This document shows positions 43,000-52,862 of a stretch of DNA of 64,000 bases, in pieces (position 1 is the stretch's first letter; the number at the start of each line of letters is the position of its first letter). A model generated the notes under the pieces. It searched no databases and was not told the origin of the DNA. It saw nothing but the letters and a program-made list of their open reading frames with translations. The position numbers and the translations under genes are program-made. The stretch lies in contig JAXLRM010000008.1 of assembly GCA_046331095.1 (NCBI GenBank), positions 69,074 to 133,073 of the forward strand, given 5' to 3'. Origin of the DNA: Acidimicrobiia bacterium (GTDB lineage: Bacteria > Actinomycetota > Acidimicrobiia > UBA2766).

Positions 43000-44052
43000 T
43001 CAGCGTGAGACGCTCATGTTTGCTGCGTCAGGCACACCCATCCCGAGGGACGGGTACGCGCCCACTCCGAGTGGGCTGAAGAGTCCCAGGGACGCCGGGC
43101 GGTCGGCGCAGGCCGCGACCATCACCGCGTTGTCCTGGCACAGCGCCACCGACGGCATCGTCCATCCGAGTCCGGCGGCGTCGCATGCCTGGGTCATCCG
43201 GGCGCGGAGATGGGAGTTGGCGGCGACCCCGCCCGCGAGCGCGACGGTGTCCCGTCCTCGTTGCTCCGCTGCCTTCACGGCCTTCTCGACGAGGACGTCC
43301 ACCACCGCGGCCTGGAATCCCGCCGCCACATCCGCCGCTTCCAGGGTCCGGCCGGAGGCGTCGGCCCTCCGCACGGCTTGCACGACCGCTGTCTTGAGCC
43401 CGCTGAAGGAGAAGTCGAACCCCTGGTGGCGCATCGCCCGGGGCAACGGCACGGCGTCCGGATCGCCGGTCCGCGCCAGAGCGTCGATCTCGGGACCTCC
43501 CGGGTACCCGAGGCCGATGAAGCGGGCGACCTTGTCGTAGGCCTCCCCGGCGGCGTCGTCGACGCTGCGGCCCAGCACCTCGAACCGCCACAGCCCCTCG
43601 TCTCCGGCTGTGACGTCGAGCAGCATCGTGTGCCCGCCCGAGACCAGCAGCGCGATCGCCGGGGGCGCGAAGTCGTCGTGGTCGACCGCGTTGGCGTGCA
43701 CGTGGGCCTCGAGATGGTTCACCGCCACGAGCGGCACGCCCACGGCCACCGCGACCGCCTTGGCCGCCGCCACACCCACGAGCAGGGCGCCCGCGAGGCC
43801 GGGGCCGACGGTCACCGCCACCGCGTCGAGATCCCCCACGGTGACGTCGGCTACGACGAGCGCGTCGGTCATCACCGAGTCGATCCTGTCGACGTGTGCG
43901 CGCGCGGCGAGTTCTGGGACCACACCTCCGTAGGGTGCATGCGTCTCGTGCTGGGACCACACGATCGACGAGCGCACCCGGCGGCCGTCCTCGACGACCG
44001 CTGCGGCGGTCTCGTCGCACGAGGTCTCGATCCCGAGGATCAGCGGCATCAT
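43000..44052 (-). CDS. tsaD: tRNA N6-adenosine threonylcarbamoyltransferase TsaD
   Basis: [19 protein letters not shown]... Kae1/TsaD family, full-length. Confidence 0.9.
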   Translation of the reverse strand: MMPLILGIETSCDETAAAVVEDGRRVRSSIVWSQHETHAPYGGVVPELAARAHVDRIDSVMTDALVVADVTVGDLDAVAVTVGPGLAGALLVGVAAAKAVAVAVGVPLVAVNHLEAHVHANAVDHDDFAPPAIALLVSGGHTMLLDVTAGDEGLWRFEVLGRSVDDAAGEAYDKVARFIGLGYPGGPEIDALARTGDPDAVPLPRAMRHQGFDFSFSGLKTAVVQAVRRADASGRTLEAADVAAGFQAAVVDVLVEKAVKAAEQRGRDTVALAGGVAANSHLRARMTQACDAAGLGWTMPSVALCQDNAVMVAACADRPASLGLFSPLGVGAYPSLGMGVPDAANMSVSR

Positions 44053-44083
44053 CCAAACCTAGGGTCGAGCGCTGCGCGGAACC

Positions 44084-44220
44084 GACGTGGGGACGCAAAA
44101 CGGGTCGTGAACCCCTCTCACGTCCCCACGTCCGAACCACCCCCCGACGTGGGGACGCAAAACGGGTCGTGAACCCCTCTCACGTCCCCACGTCGTTCCG
44201 ACCCCTCGACGTGGGGACGC
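44084..44220. repeat. REP-like palindromic element array, locus 2: two full units plus a third half-site, 62-bp period
   Basis: GACGTGGGGACGC-aaaacgggtcgtgaacccctctca-CGTCCCCACGTC occurs twice at 44084 and 44146. A truncated left half-site lies at 44208. The 13-bp spacers are constant. Confidence 0.9.
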
Positions 44221-44305
44221 GATCGGCGGGACCCCCCGGGCTCACAAGACCCGGCCCCGGAGGGGAACCGTCCGCTCCTCCGCGGGGCGAGCACCGAGCA
44301 CCTCG

Positions 44306-45433
44306 TCAGAAGGGGATCGTGAAACCGACCTGGGCGCCGCCCGTGCGCGCGTTGTCGGCCCACACCGACCCCCCGTGGGCCTCGACCAGCCGGCGGGCAA
44401 TCGCGAGCCCGAGACCCGCGCCGCCGGTCGCCCGGCTCCGGGCGGGATCGCCGCGGTGGAACGCCTCGAACACCCTCGTCAGATCCGCGTCGGCGAAGCC
44501 CGGTCCGGTGTCGTCGACCTCGACGCGGATCTCACCCGCGTCTGCCGCGGCGCGGATCGCGATGGCGCCGCCGTCAGGTGTGTGACGCAGTGCATTGTCC
44601 ACGAGGTTCGCGAGGACGCGCTGCACTTCACGCGGCCCCACGGTCGCGACGAGGGGTCCCACGACGACCGCGTCGATCAAGACGCCACGTGCGTCGGCGG
44701 CGGAGCTGAACTGGCCCACTGTGTCGGACACGAGATCGCCGACGTCCACCGACTCCCGCACGAGCTCGAGATCGCCTGCCTCGAGACGCGAGTACTGGAA
44801 GAGGTCGTCCACGAGTGCCCCGAGGTCCTCGACCTGGTTCAGCATCAACGCTACGTACCGGCGCCGGGTCGCCGGGTCGTCGACGACACCGTCGCGGAGC
44901 GCCTCCACCATCGCGCGCAGCGACGCCAACGGCGTCCGTAGGTCGTGGCTGATCGATGCGACGAGGGTCCGGTGTGCCAGGTCGCGACGCTCCTTCTCCC
45001 GCCAAGACCGCTCGACCGACCCGGCCATCGAGTCGAAGGCGGCGCCGAGGCGACCCGCCTCGTCGGGACCGCTCACGCCCGACCGCGCCTCGAGGTCACC
45101 CTCCGCAAACCGGTCGGCCGCCTGCGACACGCGCTCGAGGGGCCGCGCGACGCTGCGCATGGTCACGAACGAGCCCGCCGCTCCGACGAGGGCCGCGAAC
45201 GCCACGACCCCGACCACGAGCCACATCTCACGGGGTGACAGGAGCATCTCGGACACCGCCATCACCGCTCCGACCGCCACCGCACCCACCGCGGCGACGA
45301 TCACGAGGAGCAACTTGGTACGCAACCGACGCATGCGGGGCGACAGGACGACCACGAGGCCGACCGCCACCACTGCGTAGGCCACGACCCAGGCCAACAC
45401 GGTCCCCAGGTGGACGGCGTCCTCGCCGCTCAT
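44306..45433 (-). CDS. Two-component sensor histidine kinase (HAMP-HisKA-HATPase)
   Basis: Two TM helices, HAMP, HisKA (ASISHDLRTPLASLRAMVEAL) and HATPase (GGAGLGLAIARRLVEAHGG). Its ATG overlaps the stop of the upstream response regulator (ATGA). Confidence 0.85.
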   Translation of the reverse strand: MSGEDAVHLGTVLAWVVAYAVVAVGLVVVLSPRMRRLRTKLLLVIVAAVGAVAVGAVMAVSEMLLSPREMWLVVGVVAFAALVGAAGSFVTMRSVARPLERVSQAADRFAEGDLEARSGVSGPDEAGRLGAAFDSMAGSVERSWREKERRDLAHRTLVASISHDLRTPLASLRAMVEALRDGVVDDPATRRRYVALMLNQVEDLGALVDDLFQYSRLEAGDLELVRESVDVGDLVSDTVGQFSSAADARGVLIDAVVVGPLVATVGPREVQRVLANLVDNALRHTPDGGAIAIRAAADAGEIRVEVDDTGPGFADADLTRVFEAFHRGDPARSRATGGAGLGLAIARRLVEAHGGSVWADNARTGGAQVGFTIPF

Positions 45434-46119
45434 GGCGCCACGAACTTGTACCCGACCCCCCAGACCGTCTGGATCCAGCGAGGCTGCGACGGGTCGTCCT
45501 CGATCTTCTCCCGGACCCTCCGCACGTGGACCGTCACCGTGGCCGACTCCCCGAGTGGCACGTCCGCCCACACGTTCTCGAAGAGCTGGTCACGTGTGAA
45601 GACCCTGCCGGGGCGGCGGGCGAGGAAGGCGAGCAGGTCGAACTCCTTGGCGGTGAAGGAGACCTCGGCGGTTCCGACCTCGACGGTGCGGCTCGCTGGG
45701 TCGATCCTCAGTCCGGGGTAGCCAAGCGCTGCTGGCGGCGTCGTGTCGGCCGGCTGGTGCACGCGGCGCAGGACCGACTTGACCCGGGCGACGAGCTCGC
45801 GGGGGCTGAACGGCTTGGTGACGTAGTCGTCGGCGCCGAGCTCGAGGCCGAGCACCCGGTCGGCCTCGTCGCCCTTGGCGGTCAGCATGATGACGGGCAC
45901 GCTCCCGCCGCTGCGCCGGAAGAACTCCATGCCGTCGACCTCGGGCAGCATCAGGTCCAGCACCACCAGATCCGGCCGCCACGTCGCGAGCTTGTCGAGG
46001 GCGGTGGCACCGTCGGCGGCGGACTCGACCTGGAACCCCTCGCGGTCGAGGTATCGGCGCACCACGTCGACGACGATCGCCTCGTCGTCGACGACCAGGA
46101 TGCGTGCTGACATGGCCAC
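45430..46119 (-). CDS. OmpR-family response regulator
   Basis: REC (ARILVVDDEAIVVDVVRRYL...LMLPEVDGME) plus a winged-helix C-terminal region (WIQTVWGVGYKF). Confidence 0.9.
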   Translation of the reverse strand: MAMSARILVVDDEAIVVDVVRRYLDREGFQVESAADGATALDKLATWRPDLVVLDLMLPEVDGMEFFRRSGGSVPVIMLTAKGDEADRVLGLELGADDYVTKPFSPRELVARVKSVLRRVHQPADTTPPAALGYPGLRIDPASRTVEVGTAEVSFTAKEFDLLAFLARRPGRVFTRDQLFENVWADVPLGESATVTVHVRRVREKIEDDPSQPRWIQTVWGVGYKFVAP

Positions 46120-46122
46120 AGG

Positions 46123-46698
46123 CTATCCCCACGGTCCGCTCGGGCCTCGCCCGAGCCAGGCAAAACAGCGCCCACCGAGCCACTCCGACGTGATGACCGC
46201 GAACCCGGCCTGTCGGGCCAATCCGCCGATGTGGTCGGCGTCGACACACGCCCACGGAGCGCCGTCACGCAGGACGCGCCGGACCAGACCCGAACCGGGC
46301 GGCTCGACCTCCACGAGGACGACCCCGTCGGGGCGCAACAGCTCGTGGACCCGCGCCAGCAGCGAGTGTGGGTCGCCGCCGATGCCGATCGAGCCGTCGA
46401 GCACCACTGCCGACGCCCAGTCCCCCTCCCCGGGGAGGGGATCGAAGACGCATCGGTTGAGGACCGGCACGCCCCTGCGGAAGGCCGCACGCACGGCGAT
46501 GGGAGCGACGTCGATGCCCAGCGCCATCGTCCCCTCCCGGATGAGTGCCTCGACGAGACGCCCCGGCCCGCATCCGACCTCGAGGACTGGCCCGGCGAGT
46601 CTCGCGAGGAGGGCGAGCTCGACACGGTCCGCCGTGCCGAACCAGCGGCTCGACGCGACCGGACCGAACTCCGACACCAGTGCCTGCAGGGGCGCCAT
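46123..46698 (-). CDS. SAM-dependent methyltransferase (class I)
   Basis: Motif I VLEVGCGPGRL and a downstream acidic loop. ATG at 46698, about 192 aa. Confidence 0.7.
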   Translation of the reverse strand: MAPLQALVSEFGPVASSRWFGTADRVELALLARLAGPVLEVGCGPGRLVEALIREGTMALGIDVAPIAVRAAFRRGVPVLNRCVFDPLPGEGDWASAVVLDGSIGIGGDPHSLLARVHELLRPDGVVLVEVEPPGSGLVRRVLRDGAPWACVDADHIGGLARQAGFAVITSEWLGGRCFAWLGRGPSGPWG

Positions 46699-46706
46699 GG
46701 CGGGGC

Positions 46707-47150
46707 TCACCGCTTCACCCGTCCACCGCGCAGCGCTCGGCGCGCGGCCCCGTAGCGGACCGCCACCACCGCAGCCACCGCGGCGGTCACGAGCAACAGG
46801 TTCCTCCCGTACGGCCGCGGCAGGATCGAAGGGTTGTCGGGATGTGCACCGGCGCCCACGACCGACGGCCACCAGACGAGCGCCACGAGCGCCACGACCC
46901 ACAGGCCCCAGCACAAGGCGTCCCGAGTGCGGCTGTCACCCACGACGCGCGCGAGCAGTGCCCCGGTGAGGAGGACGAGGGGCACGGCGATTGCGTCGTG
47001 GAGCAGGAGCCCGGCTCCGAACCACCGGACGAAGGCGGCGAGGTCCACCTGGGTCACGAGACCCCACACCGCGACGCACATCAGGAGCCAGCCCACGGCG
47101 CAGGCCAGCCACCACGACCACCGGCGCCGCTCGCGGCGCGACGCGCTCAC
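46707..47150 (-). CDS. Hypothetical small membrane protein (about 147 aa)
   Basis: Four hydrophobic helices. GTG start at 47150 overlaps the molybdoenzyme stop (GTGA). The longer track ORF (to 48149) overlaps that gene and was rejected. Confidence 0.45.
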   Translation of the reverse strand: MSASRRERRRWSWWLACAVGWLLMCVAVWGLVTQVDLAAFVRWFGAGLLLHDAIAVPLVLLTGALLARVVGDSRTRDALCWGLWVVALVALVWWPSVVGAGAHPDNPSILPRPYGRNLLLVTAAVAAVVAVRYGAARRALRGGRVKR

Positions 47151-48358
47151 GCGACCTCGATCCGCGAGAGCCACTTGGTCTGGCGGACGCCGGGCTGGTC
47201 CGGAATCACCAGGCGGGCCGGGTAGCCGTGGTCGACGTCGAGCGCCTCGCCTTCGACCTCGAGGGCCACGAGGGCATCCGGAGCGAGCACGAAGGCGCGC
47301 AGGTGCTCCGAGCGCGAGTACAACCCGTCGCCCTCCAAGGAGTGGAACGTCACCGACTTCACCGACGCAAGGTCGACGCCCGAGGCCTCGAGCAGGTCCG
47401 CGACCCGGACTCCGCTCCAGCGCCGTGACGCGCTCCATCCCTCCACGCAGGCGATCGGAAGCACGGCCTCGGTAGGTGGCATCGCCAAGAGGTCCGCGCG
47501 GGAGTACGCCGCCGGTACGGGACCTCCGGCGACCTGCAGTCGCCATCCCGCACCGGTGCTCGCCGAATCGACGCCTGCGGACGCCGCGGTCTTGTTGACC
47601 GGGAACCCCTGCGGCCCGACGTCGGGATCGCGGGATGCGAGCAGCGCGAGAGACCTCAGCGGGCGGACGCTGGCGCCCGCGACGAGCAGCGCGAACAGGC
47701 CGGAAGCGCCCGCCACACCGCGGATGAACCTGCGCCGCTCGACGGTGAGCGCGCTCGTGTCGGTCGTGTCGTCCGGAGCGAGCCGCCGACTCCGGTTGGC
47801 GCGGCCGAGCGTGCGCCTCGCCACGTGCAGTTGCGACGCGACGTGAACCGCGAGGGCGCCCGCGACGAGCACCGCCGCCCAGAAGTGCGCTCGCGGGAAG
47901 AAGAACCCGAACGGGTACCAGTACTGGATGTTCACCACGCCGGTGGCGAGCAGGAAGATCGATCCCGCGACGAGGGGGACCAAGGAGATCCGTTCCACCG
48001 TGTGCGCCAGGGACCGCAGCGGCGGCCACCTGAACAGGCGCGGGTAGACCGTCCAGAGCTTGGCCGCGAGCAGCGGTATCGAGGCGACTCCGCACACGAC
48101 GTGCAGGCCCTGGCTGACTCGGTACAGGCCCGCGATCCGCGCAGGCCACGGCAGCCAGGCGGCGGGCTGTTGCAGGTAGTGCGAGGCGACACCGGTCAGG
48201 AGGCAGACCGAGAAGGTCGCGCCGAGGGCCACACCGAGGACCGAAGCGACCCTCTCCGATCGCTTGGTCGACCGGAAGGCTCCGTCGCGGAATGGACCAC
48301 CAGGCCGCCTGTCCTCCGAGAAGATGCGCGCTCCGATCCGGTCCGCCGGCTCATCCAT
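47147..48358 (-). CDS. Membrane-anchored sulfite-oxidase-family molybdopterin oxidoreductase (an MsrQ-like heme membrane domain fused to an MsrP/YedY-like Mo domain)
   Basis: The N-terminal about 190 aa are polytopic with conserved His residues. An internal twin-arginine motif (RRRFIRGVAGASGLFALLVAGA) follows, then the oxidoreductase molybdopterin-binding fold (CVEGWS...HGYPARLVIPDQPGVRQTKWL). Confidence 0.8.
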   Translation of the reverse strand: MDEPADRIGARIFSEDRRPGGPFRDGAFRSTKRSERVASVLGVALGATFSVCLLTGVASHYLQQPAAWLPWPARIAGLYRVSQGLHVVCGVASIPLLAAKLWTVYPRLFRWPPLRSLAHTVERISLVPLVAGSIFLLATGVVNIQYWYPFGFFFPRAHFWAAVLVAGALAVHVASQLHVARRTLGRANRSRRLAPDDTTDTSALTVERRRFIRGVAGASGLFALLVAGASVRPLRSLALLASRDPDVGPQGFPVNKTAASAGVDSASTGAGWRLQVAGGPVPAAYSRADLLAMPPTEAVLPIACVEGWSASRRWSGVRVADLLEASGVDLASVKSVTFHSLEGDGLYSRSEHLRAFVLAPDALVALEVEGEALDVDHGYPARLVIPDQPGVRQTKWLSRIEVA

Positions 48359-49004
48359 TGACTGGAGTCCCTTCCATGACCTCGGCGCAGCGGGCGGTGG
48401 AGCTCGCGGTGGGGCACTCCCGGACGACAGCGGCGAACGAGGCCAGGTCGTCCACGTCGCGCAGGGTCGGGAGGGTGACCTCGGCGAGGTCCAGCGATCG
48501 CAGGCGCAGACGGGTGCGTGCGAGTGTGAGGTCGCTCGACATCGGGACCCCCACGAAGCAGCGGCGCTCCGGTCGCGCCAGTCCCATGCCCCAGTACCCC
48601 CCGTCCACCGCGGGGCCCACGCAAGCGCGCCCGGGCGCGACCGACGCGAGGCCGGCGTCCACGAGCTGGGGGGTCAGCTGCGGCGTGTCGGAGCCGACGA
48701 GGAAGGCGGGCGCGTCCACGTCCTCGAAGGCAGCGGCGAGCCGCTCCGCCAGGCCCGCTCCCCGCTGCGGCACGACCTCGAAGCCGGGTGGCACCCAAGT
48801 CGAGTCGTCCCCGTCCAGGGCGACGACGCGTCGTCGTGCGGACGACGCGGCGAGGTTCGCGAGCGTGTCCGCCAGCATCGCCGCGGCGACGGCTGCGGCG
48901 GCATCGTGTCCGATCGAGACGGCAAGCCGCGTCTTGACGGGACGGGTACGCGGGTCCTTGGCGACGAGGATGACGGTCGACGCCCTCACCGTCAGTAGCT
49001 CCAT
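48351..49004 (-). CDS. DUF2064 family transferase (TIGR04282-like, rSAM/selenodomain-associated transferase 1)
   Basis: ILVAKDPRTRPVKTRLA...AAAMLADTL...LVGSDTPQLTP...DGGYW matches the DUF2064 consensus. ATG at 49004. Confidence 0.8.
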   Translation of the reverse strand: MELLTVRASTVILVAKDPRTRPVKTRLAVSIGHDAAAAVAAAMLADTLANLAASSARRRVVALDGDDSTWVPPGFEVVPQRGAGLAERLAAAFEDVDAPAFLVGSDTPQLTPQLVDAGLASVAPGRACVGPAVDGGYWGMGLARPERRCFVGVPMSSDLTLARTRLRLRSLDLAEVTLPTLRDVDDLASFAAVVRECPTASSTARCAEVMEGTPVNG

Positions 49005-50008
49005 CGCTCGCCGCACCCCTCGCAGAAGGGCAGCGGTGTTCCACCGCGCAGGCCGCGCCGCAGGGCCCCGTACCGCGGGCCTGACCACACCGAGCCGAGG
49101 CTGCTCTCGAACACGTTGCCCATCACGAGCTCGTCGTGGGCCACCCCGGTGAACGGGGCGATGCAGCACGCGTACACGTTCCCGTGCGCCGTCACGTACG
49201 CGGTCGTCCAGGGGCGCATGCAGCCGCTGCGGTCGGGGCCGTTCTCGAGCGATTCGAGCGGCGCGAGGCCGGCGGTCCCCCGGATCTCGAGGCCGACGCT
49301 CGCGGCCCGCGCCTCGGCTTCCGCGATGGCAGCCCGCTCCCGGGCAGCCACGTGCCCGAAGAGGCTCTGGTCGACGGTAGCCATGCCCTCACCCCAGTAG
49401 GTGAGCCGCTGCACCACGAGCGCGTCGGCGCCGGCGTCCGACGCCAAGGCCACGACCCCGGGGAGCTCGTCGACGTTGTCGTGCATGGCCGTGAAGTAGA
49501 CGGTCACCACGGGGGCCGCCAGGCCGCGATCCCTGCGCATCGCGACGAGGCGGGCGAGGTTGCCGACCACGACCGCGTGCCCGCGCACCCCTCGGACCCG
49601 GCGGTAGGTGTCCGCATCGGCCGCGTCCAGGGAGACGCGCAGCTCGGTGAGACCGGCATCGAGGAGCGCGGTGGTCCGCCGACGGTTGAGGAGGAGGCCG
49701 TTGGTGTTGAAGCACGTCTGCACCCCGCGTGCCGAGAAGTCCCCGACGATCGCACCGAGCTCCGGGTTGAGGAGCGGCTCGCCGAGACCGTGGAGCACGA
49801 CCCGCTCGAGGTCGGGCGCCTGCGCCGCGACGGCCGCTGCCTCGGCGCGGCCGAGCATCGCCGGGGTCTCGCAGTGCCCGAAGGTGAGGGGGCACGTGGT
49901 ACAGCGGCTGTTGCACGTGTTCGCGACCTCGAGGTACAGCACGCGAACCCCGCGGGCGTCGCTCGCGGCCGCCGGACGTCGCTCACCGAGGTCGACTGGC
50001 ACGGCCAT
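48992..50008 (-). CDS. Radical SAM protein with a C-terminal Cys-rich domain (TIGR04167-like)
   Basis: CxxxCxxC as NTCNSRCTTC. The C-terminal segment is Cys-rich: GCMRPW...YACCIAPF...CEGCGERW. The start overlaps the upstream GT2 stop. Confidence 0.85.
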   Translation of the reverse strand: MAVPVDLGERRPAAASDARGVRVLYLEVANTCNSRCTTCPLTFGHCETPAMLGRAEAAAVAAQAPDLERVVLHGLGEPLLNPELGAIVGDFSARGVQTCFNTNGLLLNRRRTTALLDAGLTELRVSLDAADADTYRRVRGVRGHAVVVGNLARLVAMRRDRGLAAPVVTVYFTAMHDNVDELPGVVALASDAGADALVVQRLTYWGEGMATVDQSLFGHVAARERAAIAEAEARAASVGLEIRGTAGLAPLESLENGPDRSGCMRPWTTAYVTAHGNVYACCIAPFTGVAHDELVMGNVFESSLGSVWSGPRYGALRRGLRGGTPLPFCEGCGERWSY

Positions 50009-50703
50009 CACAGCGACTCCCGAGCCGTGACGTGCGCGGTGGCGAGGACCCCTCGCATGTCCCGCACGGCGCGCAGGGTTCCACCCAGCGTGCCGGTCAC
50101 CTTGGATCGCCCGGCGACGCGGCGGCGGTAGGCGACGTCGACTTCGTGCACGCGCCAACCGGCGGCGCCGGCGCGCGTGAGCATCTCGAGAGGCCACCCG
50201 AAGCGGGTGTCGCCGATACCGAGATCCATGAGCGCGTCGCGCCGCGATGCCCGCATGGGTCCGATGTCGTGCACGGGCAACCCGTACCTCGCCCGCAGCC
50301 TGCGCGCGAGATAGGCGTTGGCGGCGCGGGCGTGCACCTTGATCGCCCCGCGCTCCGCCGGCCGGCGCCGGCCGACGACCAAGTCCGCTCCCCCCGAGAG
50401 CACAGGCCCCGTGACGTCGGGCAGATCGCCGGGGTCGAGGCTGCCGTCTGCGTCCATGAACGCCACGACCTCGTAGCCGGACGCGGCCCGCAGGCCGGCC
50501 TGGCACGCGGCTCCGAACCCACGCCGGGGTTCACTCACGACGACAGCGCCGTGCGTCCGCGCGACCTCGGCGGTCGGGTCGGTCGAGCCGTTGTCGACCA
50601 CGAGCGCGGCGTGGCCGGACGGCATCCGAGGCAGGAGCGCGTCGAGCGCCTCGGCCTCGTCGAGTGCGGGCAGGATGACGGCTACTGGTCGGATCGACGC
50701 CAT
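50008..50703 (-). CDS. Family-2 glycosyltransferase (TIGR04283-like, rSAM/selenodomain-associated transferase 2)
   Basis: VAVILPALDEAEAL...VVDNGSTDPTAEVAR...FMDADGS (DxD). Confidence 0.85.
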   Translation of the reverse strand: MASIRPVAVILPALDEAEALDALLPRMPSGHAALVVDNGSTDPTAEVARTHGAVVVSEPRRGFGAACQAGLRAASGYEVVAFMDADGSLDPGDLPDVTGPVLSGGADLVVGRRRPAERGAIKVHARAANAYLARRLRARYGLPVHDIGPMRASRRDALMDLGIGDTRFGWPLEMLTRAGAAGWRVHEVDVAYRRRVAGRSKVTGTLGGTLRAVRDMRGVLATAHVTARESL

Positions 50704-50818
50704 GGCAGCCATCCTGCGCGCCATTCGCGACACGGACCTTTCCCAGTCCTTTCGATTCTCGAAACTGTCGGGCCGGACCTGCGTAGGTTGCGGGCCCCTT
50801 CCCTACCGTGTCCTCCGG

Positions 50819-52147
50819 ATGACCACCGCCACCTCTCCGAGCGCACGTCGCGGACGAGCGGCGACGCCCGACCTCGGCGGTCGGGACCGCGTCGACGCGG
50901 TCGCCCTCGCCCTTTGGGCGGTCGTGGTCGCCGCCGCTGTCGTCTGGGGCCGGAGTCTGGGCGCCGAGCGGGTCCTGGTCGACTGGCCTCCCTTGCACGC
51001 GCTCTGGGAGCCGGGCATCGGGCTGCCCGTCCTGCTCCCGGTGGGTGTCGCGACCCTGGTGGTAGGAACTCGGCGGCTCCAGGACCGGGTCGCCTGGCGA
51101 TGGCTGCTGGCGCTCGCGCTGGTCGCCGCGTTCGCCTGGCTGGTCGCCGCGAACATGTGGCGCGGCGGTGGGCTCGATCGCCTGGCCGCCCCGCTCGGGA
51201 GCCCGCAGGACTACCAGGGCGACTTGGCGTCTTTCAGCGGTCCGCTGGACACCCTCGCCCACTACACCGAGCGGCTCCCCCTCCTCGGGACGCACAACCG
51301 CGGCCACCCGCCGGGGCCGCTGATCGCCTTCGAGGTGCTGCGCGCGCTGGGGATCGTAGACCTACGCGCGGTCGCGATCCTGGTGTGCCTCGCGGGCGCG
51401 TCCGTCGTCGTCCCCGTTGCCGCCGTACTGCGCCGCGTCGGGGGCGAGGACCGTGCCAGACGCCTGCTCCCGTTGCTGGTCCTCGCACCGTACGTTCTGT
51501 GGCTCGGGGTCAGCTTCGACTCGGTCTTCTGCGCCGCTGCCGCGTGGACCGCCTTCCTCTGGCTGCACGCGAGTCGGAGCCGCCGGCTGCTCCAGGCCGC
51601 CACGGGCGTGTGCTTCGGCGTGATGCTCATGCTCAGCTACGGGCTCGCCCCGTTCGCGCTCGTGCTGCTGTCGCTACGCCGGGACCGGCGTTCGGTGTGC
51701 TTGGCCGCCGGCGGGGTGGCTGCCGTCCTCGTGGCCGCCTGGGCGGCAGGCTTCGCGTGGCCGGCAGGCTTGGCCGCCACCAATGTGGAGTACCAGGCGA
51801 CGTACCACCTCCAGGGTGGCCGCCCGGGCTGGTACTGGTGGCTCGGCGACCTGGGTGCGCTCGCCATCGCCACCGGGCCCGCGGTGGCCCTGTCGGCCGG
51901 GAGGGCGATCCGCGGCTTGCGCCTGCGGGATCCCGGTATCACCCCCTGGGCGCCCACCCTCGCGGCGGCCGTTGCCGTGGCGTTCATGGTCGTGTCGGGC
52001 CTGACAAAGGCCGAGGTCGAGCGGATCTGGCTCCCGTACATGCCGTGGCTGCTACTTGCGGCGCCGGCAGACCGGCGCGGCATCCTGAGCTCCGTCCAGG
52101 CCTCGTGGACCCTCACGATCAGCGCGCTGGTGCTTCCCTGGTGGTGA
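50819..52147 (+). CDS. Polytopic membrane protein, possibly a GT-C-type glycosyltransferase (DUF2029/mannosyltransferase-like)
   Basis: About 11 TM helices (442 aa). It is divergent from the GT2-rSAM operon, with a 115-bp shared upstream region. The assignment rests on architecture only. Confidence 0.6.
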   Translation: MTTATSPSARRGRAATPDLGGRDRVDAVALALWAVVVAAAVVWGRSLGAERVLVDWPPLHALWEPGIGLPVLLPVGVATLVVGTRRLQDRVAWRWLLALALVAAFAWLVAANMWRGGGLDRLAAPLGSPQDYQGDLASFSGPLDTLAHYTERLPLLGTHNRGHPPGPLIAFEVLRALGIVDLRAVAILVCLAGASVVVPVAAVLRRVGGEDRARRLLPLLVLAPYVLWLGVSFDSVFCAAAAWTAFLWLHASRSRRLLQAATGVCFGVMLMLSYGLAPFALVLLSLRRDRRSVCLAAGGVAAVLVAAWAAGFAWPAGLAATNVEYQATYHLQGGRPGWYWWLGDLGALAIATGPAVALSAGRAIRGLRLRDPGITPWAPTLAAAVAVAFMVVSGLTKAEVERIWLPYMPWLLLAAPADRRGILSSVQASWTLTISALVLPWW

Positions 52148-52176
52148 CCGCGGAGCTGCACCCCCCCGACCCCCCG

Positions 52177-52287
52177 ACGTGGGGACGCAAACCGGGCTGT
52201 GAACCCCTCTCACGTCCCCACGTCGTTCCGACCCCCCGACGTGGGGACGCAAAACGGGTCGTGAACCCCTCTCACGTCCCCACGTCG
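52177..52287. repeat. REP-like palindromic element array, locus 3: two units, 62-bp period
   Basis: GACGTGGGGACGC...CGTCCCCACGTC at 52177 and 52239. It lies in convergent intergenic space (membrane protein versus rimI). Confidence 0.9.
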
Positions 52288-52289
52288 GT

Positions 52290-52862
52290 TCAGGGGGGCG
52301 GGATGTCGGGCTCGACACGGGTGGTTCCCCCGAGCGTGTCGACGATCCTCAGGAGACGCGCTCTGTACTCGGGCGTGTCGATCCCGTCGGCGGTCATGAT
52401 CACGGCGTCGATGCGCTCGCCGTCCACCGTGTAATAGCCCTTGCGCACCCCGACCGGCATGTAGCCGAACCCGGCGTACAGACGCTGCGCGGCGCGGTTG
52501 TCGGCACGTACCTCGAGGGTCGCGAGCGTGGCCCCGCGTTCGAGTGCGGCCGCCGTCAACTGCAACAGCAGACGCTTGGCGAGACCACGGCGCTGCCATG
52601 CCGGGTCGACGGCGACGGTGGCCACGTGGGCCTGGTCGCCCGCCATGAGCACACCCCCGTAGCCGCGTACGGTGCCGCCCACCGACGCCACGTAGTAGGC
52701 ACGCGTCGACAGCTTCGAGAGCTCGGACTCGAACAGCGACCTGCTCCACGGCGCCGGGTAGGCGGCCTGTTCGATCGCCAGCACGGCGTCGAGATGAGCC
52801 GCCCGCATGGGCGAGATCACCACGTCGAGGCGGTCGTGGTTCGCGTTGTCGGCGTCAGGCAC
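52290..52862 (-). CDS. rimI: Ribosomal-protein-alanine N-acetyltransferase
   Basis: GNAT fold (VAVDPAWQRRGLAKRLL) in the tsaB-rimI-tsaD context. Confidence 0.8.
   Translation of the reverse strand: MPDADNANHDRLDVVISPMRAAHLDAVLAIEQAAYPAPWSRSLFESELSKLSTRAYYVASVGGTVRGYGGVLMAGDQAHVATVAVDPAWQRRGLAKRLLLQLTAAALERGATLATLEVRADNRAAQRLYAGFGYMPVGVRKGYYTVDGERIDAVIMTADGIDTPEYRARLLRIVDTLGGTTRVEPDIPPP

Noticed and set aside
46707-48149. 480-aa ORF overlapping the Mo oxidoreductase.
   Set aside because: Its N-terminal about 330 aa are an alternative frame of the well-supported sulfite-oxidase-family gene. Only the C-terminal about 147 aa (46707-47150), which are hydrophobic and start with a GTGA overlap, were kept as a possible small membrane protein.
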